From the NCBI RefSeq assembly GCF_009914755.1, contig NC_060926.1: a stretch of DNA of 64,000 nt. The stretch is one strand, 5' to 3'. The position numbers and the translations under genes were made by a program. The notes under the pieces are model-generated. The model did no database searches. It saw only the letters and a list, made by a program, of their open reading frames with translations, and was not told the DNA's origin. The DNA comes from the human T2T-CHM13v2.0 reference genome, Homo sapiens. Of this stretch, positions 48,227 through 64,000 are shown one piece after another (position 1 is the first letter of the stretch; each line of letters begins with the position of its first letter).

Positions 48227-51039
48227 GTAAGCAGCAAGGCTAGGCTCCCCATGCATGTTCTGGGAGCTGGTGAGGGTACAGCATGAGCTTGCAGCTGGCT
48301 GCCTGGGTGTGGATCCTGGCTTTCTCACTGTCTCAAGGTTCTTTGTGACCTTGGACAACTCACTTCTCCTCTTTGGTGTCAGGGTTCCCCTCTGAAAAGT
48401 GGAGATAATTACAGAACCTACCTATTGTTGAGGCTTATTGATTTAATACAAGTAAATTACTCAGAAGTGCCTGGCATATAGGTCTTTGATAAACATTCAC
48501 TCGTTTAGCTCTGCTTACTCCAAGAAGAAAACAAGCTAAAATGTTTTCTCTTTCTTAGTTCCTATTTTCACTTTTCCCTCTTCCACCGTGAACTACTCAT
48601 TAACCCTTGAAGAGCCCTGGGGATGGGGCTTTCTTGGGGCATGATCTAGGAAATGGACCCTGTCCTTCCCAGGTCAGCGGGGCCTGCTGACTGACTCCCT
48701 GCCACCTACTGACTCAGGGAGACAGAGGAAAAGCAAGAAGCAGATCACTCTTTGGAGCCCAATGCTCCTATCCCTCTTCCTCCTAAACTCCCTCTTCCTC
48801 TTGTTTCCTCTGAGCTAGGATTTCACTAGGCTGAGCTTGCTTGGCCGTGAGTTATGATAATAGAATTAAAGGCACACATTTGAAGGCCTCCAAGCTAGTG
48901 GAGACATTTCAATCCAATCTACCTTATTCTCCTTCTGTGTGATCAAAGGTGTTAAACTTGAAATTTGAAAGAAAAGAAAAACCTACAATTAGGTAGTATC
49001 TTTTTATTTCATTTTAAATCATCCTCCTTAGTGTGTCATAGAAATTCAAGCAAATTTTATGTTTTACTATTTAATCATAGTTTAAATATTGAGAAGTAAT
49101 TATTTGGCTCATGTTCTTTTCCTCTTGTCCTTAGGGAAACAGTGCAAGGAAAAAGGAGAACTTGTTTAATAATGAATTAAAGGTTGGGTACATACAGAAG
49201 GAGACTCAAAATTACAAAAGAAGTTATACTCAAAAAAGATGCTAATTTTAGTTTCAGCAAATCAACTGGACAAACGCTATGAAAGGGAATATTCTAAAAG
49301 TTCACTGGGATAAAAAAATAACCAAACTAAAAGTTATTACTGGAGGAAGTGTATAACTTCCTTCCTTCATCACAATTCCCATTATTACAATTTCCAAAAG
49401 ACATGTTGGGAATGTCAAAAATTCATGAGTGTGTGTGAGTTTGTAAAGACATTTTCATGAAGTATAAACCTCTTAAAATTTAAAAATGTATAAAATGAAA
49501 AGCACTTCTCCAATTTTATGCTTCAGAATCTCAGCTAAGGTTTTATTCTATTAGATCATTCCCCAAACTTCTGTTTTTGGCTTTCATTTATTATAAAATT
49601 TATGTCAAAGCTACCAAGCCTCCCTTCTTCTAATGTGTAATTACTATGGTATATGTGGTCAAATTTTGGTCTGGAAAGGCAGATGCTTTAGGGCAGTTCC
49701 ACAAATAATCTGTGGAGGAAAGTGAGTCAAACCTTATTCTTCCCCATTCCCAAGGCTTTGTGTGTACTAATCAAACCCAAACTCCTAAATGTGGCCCCCA
49801 GGGCACGCTTGATATGGTCTTGACACACCTTCCTCCTTCTCTCCTGCTCATTCCATCATCACCTTCATCCTCACCACACCCTCCCTGGGCCTCATCCACA
49901 GTTCCCCACATTTATTCCTCACCACAGCTCCATGGAGCAGTGCTGGTACTATCCCCATTTATAGAGGAGACAACTGTGTGTAGTTGTAGATAGGGCGTGT
50001 GTAGCTGTGCCTGGGGCCATACAGCAGGTCAGGTGGTAAACCAGACTCACAGTCCCTGCTGGTGTTCCCACTGTCTGCTTGCTGCCCTTGGCAATAGGCC
50101 TCCAGTGTCCTGTTGAGGGACACAAGCTCCAGGGTCAGGCAGACCAGAGTTCAAGTCCCTGTTGTACTGCTTACAACCTCTCTGTGACTTTTGCCAAGCT
50201 TTTAACTTCTCTGATCCTGTTTCCTTATCTATGAATGTGGATTGTAAGACTACTTCTCTAATTGGATTCTAGGAATGATTAAAGAAAGCCCTCAAAGTGT
50301 CTGGCACATAGCAAGCACAGGAAGTGTTAGCCTTCATTTTTAATTATGAGTGTAATTATTATTATGAATTAAATTCAGCACAAAGAAATAAGATTCCCCA
50401 AATTTAAGATCCTTCTTGGATTCTAATTGAAATAGCTACCCTTCACCCATCTGTTTCCAAGGTCATAGCCCACCCATTCGAGGACACACACCCCTTCCCC
50501 TCCCCCAGCAGATGCAGCTGGCTCTTTTGCTTGAACTGACTCTTAGTGTTTCCTCGGCCTGGAAAGCTCCCCCTACACATGCACACATACACATGCACAC
50601 TCATGCGTGCACACACTCTCCTGTGGCACCCCTCTCTTCTGGTGACAGGGCGCTCTTATTCTTGGTTAACGTGGGTCTCCTATACCAGGCCATGTGCTCC
50701 ACGAGGGCAGGGCTATGACTCTGTCTCTGTTTAGTAAGCTAGTGCCCAGCCAGGTGCACACAGTAGGGTCCATGAACATGTACTCAGTAAAGGACATGAG
50801 TATTTCCACATCTTTTCCAGTTCAAAGGTCTCCTCATTTCATTAGTGAATAGGAAAGTGGGTCTGCGTTCACTTCTTTGGCCCTTCACTGGAAGACTTCT
50901 TTGGCCCATCCATAGGCTAACACAATTACCCTCAGGCATAGGGAGGCTCCTCTTGAAAACATGTTTCCCTTTACTAATCTCAAGGAACGAAAACAGGTAT
51001 TAATGCATTTGTTTGGTAGCTGTAGCCTGTCATCTATAA

Positions 51040-51378
<339 letters not shown>

Positions 51379-51469
51379 TGATACTGTGTCCTTCCTGTGC
51401 AGGATTCAGGGCTCAGTCAGAAGCAAAACGTGTTTCCAAGGGAGAACATCATGAGACCAGGGAGAGTTC

Positions 51470-51799
<330 letters not shown>

Positions 51800-52575
51800 T
51801 AAGGTCCCGAAACACATGCTTGTGACCAAGAGTTGAGGAACCCAGGCACTCCCCAGTGTGGCTCCTTCTGGGCTGGTGGCCATGAAGGACAGAAGGGCCA
51901 GGACAAGATAGGTCGTCTGTGCTACTGAGCGTAGCACCTTACCCAGTGTCACCGGGGGATCCTGGTCATTGCAGGCCTTGTGGAATCTTCAGCCATTTTT
52001 CACTGCTGCCTTGAATGGGTATGAAACGGTGCTATTAGCCATCCTAAAATGATAACTTGCCCATGATGTAAGCTGTGCTCTTGAGTTTTCACTTCATAAA
52101 AATGAAAATGGTGGCAGTAACAACTGTTTACTAAGGGACCACAGGGGCTTTGCAAACATTATCTTACTTAACACACGCTGCACTGCAGGCTCAGAGTACT
52201 CACACAGCCTGTGAGTGGTAGAACCAGAACTCAAGTCCAGGAAGCTCCAGTGCCTAAAGCAGCGGTCAGAACCATCAGCTCTTCCGTCTCAGGAGGGACA
52301 TCGCATCTGGGAGCAGGTTACCGAACATGCAGGAATTATCCACTAAAAGTATTAATGCATCCTGCCTGGTACTTAATCATACAGTAGGGTCAGGAATTAG
52401 TTTACTAAATATCTGGTCTCATTAGTTAAAAATATGTTAACCTGACACAGGCCAGTCATGCCAACACAGCTCAAAGAATTTTGTGTTGACAACTAGATGT
52501 TTTTACTCGCTAGTCAAATTAATTTCTCTGTTCTTAACGCCTCCCACTTTTATCTAACAGGTGTTCCTTCCCTGA

Positions 52576-52939
<364 letters not shown>

Positions 52940-53100
52940 CAGCCTTTCTTAATTCTTGCTCAGTTTTGTTTTTTGTTTTTTTTCCTGTAAGCCTCCCAAG
53001 CACTGGTAAGTGTTAGGAATTCTTACTGCATCTACAATTCCTCACCAGGAATGGTCTTTTTTGTGATTGATTTTTTTTAACACCTTTTTTTGAGATATAG

Positions 53101-54945
<1,845 letters not shown>

Positions 54946-54966
54946 GGCCTCTTTCCCTAGAGGTAG

Positions 54967-55193
<227 letters not shown>

Positions 55194-55632
55194 GAGGTAG
55201 ACATTTATATACATGGACATAACTGAAGCATGGGCCAGCCCTTTTTAAAACTGTTACCAAAGTGCTGAGTTGTTTGAAGAGCCTGAGAGGACATGAAACA
55301 TGAGGATGGTGAGCTTCAGGGAGACTCTCAGGAAGAGTACCACCCCACCTTGAGACGGCAGGTCTCAGTGACGTGAGGTGGGTAGGATGGTTGAAAAGTC
55401 TGAAAACACCAGGTCACCCCTGATGATGGAAGATGATCACACACAAGATTTACCTGCTCTCTTTCTGCCATGGTTTTGGGTGTTCATGGTACACATGAAG
55501 AAGCATCCTGAGACAGCCAAAGTCCAGTGTTTTCTTGCCCACCTTGGATTCTGTGGTGCTGGATATGATGATTCTGTTCTTGTCCCCCTTGGCTAGCTCA
55601 GCCTCCATTCATCCTTTCTCCTTTCCATCTCT

Positions 55633-55780
55633 GGTAGGCTTTCCAGATTTGGCAAATAAGAATACAGGACACCCAGTTAAACTGCATGAATAATGTCGTG
55701 ACATACCTATACTGAAAAGTTACTTGTTGTTTCTTTGAAATTCAAGTTTAACTAGGTGTCCTTTATATTCTCTTGCAGTC
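55633..55780. mobile_element. MER53 hAT MITE (internally deleted)
   Basis: Inverted arms: ccagatttggcaaataagaatacaggacacccagttaaa...gaaattcaagtttaactaggtgtcct. Confidence 0.75.
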
Positions 55781-57056
55781 CCACTGGGGTTAATCAGCAC
55801 AAGCTCTAAAAGTTATCTTTTCTATTCTGTCATTAACAGTGTATTCCCAGTTTTTGAAGGGACCAAGTATGGCTTTGTAAAATTATAATTTTAAACTCTG
55901 ACTCGGGACCAAATGAATGTTTTGGATGAGATTCAGATCCATGCACTAGCAGGACACACCCTCTCACTTCCTTTGGTCCTGATCTTAGCTCTTTTCTTCA
56001 CCCATTTTTGGGCCACACACTCCATTTCTAATTTTAGCTCTCCCATGTACTTCTTGCCACTTCATGCCTGTTTTCCCTGAGGACCCACTGACTGAGAAGG
56101 ACTGTTATAGAAACTCTGTTTTCCTCTAGGAACGTGCTCTCAGACAGTGTCCCTGAGCCTGGAAGTGCTCCCCACATGTCTCTGGAAGTGGGGCGGGGAG
56201 GAGAGCCAAAGGTTTCCTCCACCTTCGCTTTGGTGGTTGGTCACCAGGAAGTAGGTGCACACTCTAAAGTGAAACAAACAAAAAGTGATGTCTGCCAACA
56301 GCCACCACCAAGACAAGCGTCTGGGTTCTCGTTTCTCCTCTGGTGGCTCCTCAGGCCAAATGATACCTTCTTGTCACCCACGGGGTCTGAGTCAGAGGTG
56401 AAACTCAACCCCCACACCGTACTCCTGGTATCTGCCAGGGGATTTGGAATTCCAGAATGTTTATTTCTGGTTCATTGACCTAAGATTCAAGCACACATAG
56501 CCTGAAATTACAGTACTGTATATCCAGAGCCCAGAACTGCAAGCCCATTATTAACAGTAATACATTTTGTGGCCTGAGGATTTTTCCCAAATTGCTCTCA
56601 GTTGCATGTTTTACCCGATATCATTTTGTCTGTTCTGATTTTATAAGTGCCACATATTACAGAAATTTTGAAAAAGCATGTAATGGAGAACAAAATCCCA
56701 TACTCTCCCTTATCCCCATACCCAGACAGGAGGTATGCGAGGAAAGAGATGGAAGTTTCGCCCAGGACTAGACTTGTGCTGGGAATCGCCCTCTCTTGCC
56801 TATGTATACAGAGATTTGGAGGGGGATGTGGAGAGACTGGTGGAGTTATGGAGGGAAAGATAAGGCAGTATGTTTAAAGGAGATTTGGAGAAAAGTTTTC
56901 TGAAGGAGGGGCAAATGACCCTTTGCTATATCTCCTCATCAAAAAAAAAAAAAAAAAAAAAGCCAAGAATCTACATTTCCTGTGTGTGCCTCTGGAATTC
57001 AATTTCTGTTGGGGTCGAAGGGGTTAAGAATAAAGGACACACTAAAATTAGCCTCA

Positions 57057-57376
57057 GGATGAGTGCATTGGCTCACGCCTGTAATCCTAGCACTTTGGGA
57101 GGCCAAGGCAGGCAGAACCCTTAAGATCAGGAGTTCAAGACCAGCCTGGCCAACATGGTGAAACCCCACCTCTACTAAAAAAAAAAAAAAAAAAAAAAAA
57201 AAGTTAGCCAGGCGTGGTGGCAGGCACCTGTGATCCCAGCTACTCTGAAGGCTGAGGTGGGAGAATCACTTGAACCTGGGAGACGGAGGTCAAACCATTG
57301 CACTCCAGCCTGGGCAACAGAGTCAGACTCCATCTCAAAAAAAGTAGTAATAATAATAACAATAAAATAAAATAAA
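57057..57376 (+). mobile_element. Alu (AluS) with expanded middle A-tract
   Basis: TSD ttagcctca. Confidence 0.9.
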
Positions 57377-57412
57377 GTTAGCCTCAAGGCAAGAGCAGTG
57401 TTCCTTAGGTTA

Positions 57413-57817
<405 letters not shown>

Positions 57818-58239
57818 TTAAAAGGCAAAATAGTAAATATTTCAGGGTTTGCCAGCACATATTATATCTGTTTCCTCTGTTGCATACTCCATGAAGCAGC
57901 TGAAAGAAGTCAAGAATCGAAGAGGTTCTAAGAGAGGAGAGGCTTTATTTTATAGTATAATATGAATTCTAATCATCATAATTATTTGCTCCGTTACCTG
58001 CCACAGTGAGAATTGTTAATTGTTATTTTAGGCGTTTTCCTCAGGTGTTCAGTTATTGTCCGAGGGCATGAGTAACACACAGTGATGCTGGCGGTAAAAT
58101 GTGTGTGTGCCCAGAAAGGAAGCAGGTCCTTCCCCTTAGCGTAGAGGAAGGGCCACGTGCACCGAATGCACACAGGCCCCGTGCCTGACATTCCCACCAC
58201 CTTACTAATGCCCGGTCCTCATGTTTACTCTTCGTTTAG

Positions 58240-58497
<258 letters not shown>

Positions 58498-58639
58498 TGA
58501 GAGTTGAAACTTTGCTTTGTTTGGACTTTGTCTCTGGAGGAGAAAATTATTGAGGCGACTGATGAAAATGGGAAAGATATTTCCTCCATACTGTAAAAGC
58601 ATTCAGTGACAAAACTTAGCCGTGTTATGTATAGGTAAT

Positions 58640-59470
58640 CTTTTCTTTTACATAGGAGATAATAGCAGCACACTTTAAAACATGCTCTCTCACAACACAA
58701 CAATCAATACATGTTACCAACACAGTGGTCAATACAGAAGCCTTCGGCCACTCCAATATATGTGGGGATTTCTCTCCACCAGCAAGCAGTCGGCTCTGCA
58801 GCGGAGACCAGCTGAGTGTCCTCCATTCAAGTCTGACACTACATGGAGATAGCTTCAGATCCCATAGGTTGAGGACTCAATCCCCAGGCCTCCCCTCCCT
58901 CCCAACCCCGTCCCCAGCCTTTAGATGCCAATCACAAGTCTGGGCCTCTGGAACTTCTGACTAAGTGTTTCCCATGACCTCAGCTTTGTGTCCAATTAAT
59001 TTGCTAGAACGGTTCACAGACCTCAGGGAAATACTTATATTTACCAGTTTATCATAAAGGATATTACAAAGGATACAAATGAAGAGATGCGGAGGATGAG
59101 ATATAGAAGGAAAGGGTGTGGAGCTTCCATGCCCTCCCTGGGCGCACCACCCTCCAGGAACCTGCACATGTTCAGCTATCTGGAAGCTCTCTGAACCCTG
59201 TTCTCTTGTTTTTTTGTGGAAGCTTCATGATGTCAGCATTCCTTCCTCCAGGTTATGGGTCAGGACCCCCTTTGTAATAAGGGTCTTATGACCCACAGTC
59301 AGAAAGATGGGGAAGATTAGAGTCCTGCATTGAGGCAGGTGAAAGGAGGGCGGGAAGAGGTCAGAGAGATTGTTTTCTGAGGCCTGCCCCTGAGGCGTAA
59401 AGCACCCAACATCATAGCAAAAGATTGTAACCAGGGCTATGGGAGTTGTAAGCCAGAAATCATGACAAAA

Positions 59471-59473
<3 letters not shown>
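58640..59473. mobile_element. MER21-type ERV LTR
   Basis: Motifs typical of MER21: cagatcccataggttgaggactca, aattaatttgctagaacggttcacaga, aaggatattacaaaggataca, ggctatgggagttgtaagccag. Left boundary is approximate. Confidence 0.7.

Positions 59474-59523
<50 letters not shown>
59474..59523. repeat. (TG)n microsatellite, about 25 units
   Basis: Read directly. Confidence 0.97.
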
Positions 59524-59524
<1 letters not shown>

Positions 59525-60899
59525 GTTATTATATATATGTACATATACACACATATATACACATAAAATAACCCACAAGTCCATTAAAATGTAATCGAAT
59601 CATTCAAATGGATAGGTTTAATTGCATCGTATTTTCTATTTGTTCTATCTGTAATTTGTTCTCCTTTTCTTCTTTTTCTTCATTTAAAAATATTATTTTT
59701 ATATTTTTAATATTAATATTTTTATGATTCTATGTTTAATATTTTTATGATTCTTATTTTTTATTCTTTGTTTGGCTTATTAGCCATAGCTCTTTTTCTG
59801 TTCTTTTAGTGGTTGCTTTAGGATTCACAGTGTACATATTTAACTTATCACAGTGTACCTTCAAGTGATTTATACCATTTCACATATATTCCATTTTCTC
59901 CTTCAGATATTTTTGGCTACTGTTGTCAAATATTTTACTTTAATGTATCTTAAAATACCATTGCTACACTGTTGTTATTTTTGTTCAGTCAGTAATCTTT
60001 TACAAAGAGATTTATATAACCAGGAAAAACACATGTTTATGCATTATAGTTACCATTTCTAGTGGTCTTCATTTTTTGGTCTTTATATTTTATCTGACAT
60101 CATTCTCCTTCTTCCTGAAGAACTTTTTTAAAAATCATTTCTTCTAGTGTGGATCTGCTGGTATGGTATTCAGCTCCTGTAGTCTGGGGAAAAATATTTA
60201 TTTTACTTTTGAAGTGTTCTTATTTTTATTTTTAGCCTTCATTTTTGAAAGGTATTTTTATGAGGTATAGAACTGTAGGTTCACAATTTTAGCTTTTGTT
60301 TGTTTGTTTTTACTTTCAGTACATTAAAAGAAGTTGCTCCCCTATCTTCTCGCTTGCATTGTTTCCCACATGAAATCTGTGATCATCCTAACTTTGTTCC
60401 TCTGTATGTAATGTGTCTTTTGTTCCTATTTTTACCCTTATCACTGATTTTGAGCAATTGAATTGTGACAGGCTTTGGTGTAATTTTATTTATATGCCTT
60501 GTGTTTGGAGTTTATTGAACTTCTGGGGTCTCTGTATTTGTTGTTTACATCAAATTTGGAAAAAGTTTGGCCATTATTTCTTCACATTTTTTTTCTGTTT
60601 CCACCTATCCTCTTTTTTAAGGACTCCAGTTACATATATATTAGACCATTTGAAGTTGTCCCATAACTCACTGATGATCTGTTATTATTTTCCCCTTCTT
60701 TTATCTCTACATTTTATTTTGGATAGTTTCTGTTGCTATGTCTTCAATTTCACTCATCTTTTTTGGTGTAGTATCTCATCTGACATTAGTCCTATCCAGT
60801 TTATATTTCATCTCATACACCGTAATTTTTATCTCTTTTTTGCATTTTTATGTCTCTAAGTTTTGGACCATCCAGAATGCAGTTATAATTACTTTCCTT

Positions 60900-61567
<668 letters not shown>

Positions 61568-63360
61568 CTTTTCATAACTGTTTCAATGTCTTTGTTTGCT
61601 ATCCTAACATCTATGTTATCTGTGGGTGGTTTCAACTGATTCATTTATGTTTCCACTCTAGGTAGTATTTTTCAGGTTCTTTGCACGCCTGATAATGTTT
61701 GATTGGATTACAGACATTGAGAATTTTACAGTGTTGGATGCTAGATATTCTTCTATTTCTGTAAATAGTGAGCTTTGTTTTGAGACACAGTTAAGCTAGT
61801 GGGAAACCGTTTAATCCTGTAGGGTCTTGCTTTTAAGATTTATTAGGCAGAACCTGATAAGGGCTCAGTCTCAGGTCGGTTATTACCCACTGCTGACACA
61901 AGACCATTCTGTGTGCCCTACTCAGTGCTTCTTGAATCATTAGATTTTCCAGTCTGATTGATGGGAACAGGCACTATTCTTCCCCCGTGTGAAGCCTGGA
62001 TACCATTACCTTTAACTGTTTCGTGTGGTTCTTTTTCTATTTTCCTTTAGAGGCATCCTAAGGATTCTGGTGCCTTCTCCTGGGTATTTGCCTTTCTTAG
62101 TTTATGCCCTCGTTTTTATGGAGCCCATTCTCAATTAGCTTCCACAAAATGTATACATAAAAAGTAAAGATTGTGGGAACTTGCATATCCTTATGTAATA
62201 CTGGCTTAGTAATTTTTCCAAATATAGAAATTTAGGTTGAAATTATTTTCCCTCAGAAGTTTAAAGGCGTTTTTGTATCATTTTTTAGCTTCATGGGTTG
62301 CTGTGGAAAATTCTGATACTTAAGTTTTCTATGTGAACTGTTTTTCAGTTTTAGTTTTTAAAATATCTTTTCTCTTTAATCCTGGTTCTGTGATAAGCTG
62401 TGATGTGCAATTTGTTTTGGTCATCAAGGGCATTCAGTGGCCCCTTTGATCTGGAAATGCAAGTCTTTTGGTCCTTAAACTTTTTTTTTTCCTTTGGAAA
62501 TGTTCCACTCTCTGTTTTTTCCAGGAATTGTGTTAGACGATTGTTAATTAGACCTCTTCGATTGCTTCCTCAATTTTCTTTTTTCAAATTGGCCTATTTT
62601 CTTTGCCTTTTTATTCTACCTTCTTGGAGATTTACTTGATTTATCTTCCAATTCTTCTATTAAATGTTTTATTTTACTTATCATGTTGCTAATTTCAAGT
62701 TTTTTTCATTGAAAATTTTTTTCTGGTTCTCAATCATAAGAGTCTTTTCTGGATATCTCAATTATTTTTTGTTTGTTTGTCTTTAGTCTCCCTAGTTCCC
62801 TACACTAGCTTTGTCTCCTCTAAGCCCTCTGTTCTGTGTGGTTTTTTTTGGTCCCTGATATTCAGTGGGGAGGCTTCGCCAGACCTCTGCTAATTTCTGC
62901 TGTCTGCTCCTATGGAAGAGTGAAGAATCATTGATTTGATTGGAACTCTGTGGGTATGGGCAGAGCTTGTAGGCTTCACTATAGGTGATTGGACAGTGAC
63001 CTAAGTGTTTTGATCTAGATACGATACCCCCCAACTGTCAAAATTGGTTTCTTTCCTCTGTAGCCGCTCACTTCCTCTAGAAAAGAAGTGTCCTGCTCCA
63101 GGAATTAAACGTGGCTGCTGATATTCTAGTAGCCAAGTGGGGGAGGAGGGGAAGGTAGAGTCCTTGTTATTTAGTATATAAACTTTCACTTATTTTCCCA
63201 GTTTTCAGCCTGGCTCCTTATCATGCCTCCATTCTACAGGTGCCCTAAGTTTAGTGGCTTTCTGCTTCAGAGAATAAATCACCCTGTGTCCTATGGATAT
63301 TTGAGGGCATACTTGCCAGGTGTGTAGGCATGGAGAAGACAGACTTTGAGACGCAACTAT

Positions 63361-63667
63361 TTCTTTTTTTTTTTTTTTTTTTTTTTTGAGACGGAGTCTC
63401 GCTCTTTCGCCCAGGCCGGACTGCAGTGGCACAATCTCGGCTCACTGCAAGCTCTGCCTCCCGGGTTCATGCCATTCTCCTGCCTCAGCCTCCTGAGTAG
63501 CTGGGACTACAGGCGCCCGCCACCACGCCCGGCTAATTTTTTGTATTTTTAGTAGAGACGGGGTTTCACCGTGTTGGCCAGGATGGTCTCGATCTCCTGA
63601 CCTCGTGACCCACCCGCCTCGGCCTCCCAAAATGCTGGGATTACAGGCGTGACCCACTGCGCCCGGC
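63361..63667 (-). mobile_element. AluY (young, CpG-rich)
   Basis: cccaggccggactgcagtggc; TSD gagac(g/a)caactattt. Confidence 0.95.
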
Positions 63668-64000
63668 AGAGACACAACTATTTGTTAATCAGACTTCCAA
63701 TCATTCTTTCCAGTTTTAGTCCCCATTTTACTACCTGGGCCCACAGCTTCTGAGCTGCTCTGTGATTCTTTGGGAGAATATTGGCTTGCTGAGTTAATTA
63801 TACCTTCTTCATCTCTTTTTCAGCTTTCAAATATGTGTTGAAATCTCTCTTCTACTGTTGACTCCTCTTTGCCTTGTGAGTTTATATCTTTTTAAATTCT
63901 TTATTGCCATCATAGAGGGGTTTTGGGAGGAGGCAGACATACAGACATGTTGTGTTGGCCATATTTATCCACAAATTCTACAACAGGTTTGAAAGTGTGC

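Overview
Human (primate) genomic DNA lying entirely inside the MERTK receptor tyrosine kinase gene (TAM family), which runs on the + strand. The window covers the end of intron 1, coding exons 2-7 (mature N-terminus, Ig1, Ig2, first FNIII repeat) and the start of intron 7. All six exons have AG/GT boundaries and join in frame. The introns are repeat-dense: more than 30 Alus, L1, L2 and MIR fragments, hAT MITEs and five solo LTRs, including a complete HERV-K(HML-2) LTR5. They also hold two retrocopies, an antisense processed pseudogene of RTRAF (C14orf166/CGI-99) and a 5'-truncated 7SL RNA pseudogene. Almost all other ORFs in the supplied track are repeat or low-complexity artefacts. The most unusual element is a 16 x 34-bp perfect AT-rich minisatellite (26941-27484). 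Its unit carries a 23-bp palindrome and visibly arose by inverted self-copying of an MLT2 LTR, 427 bp upstream of exon 3. I see no evidence of a new multi-gene system or a CRISPR array. Repeat subfamily labels are by eye and repeat boundaries are approximate.
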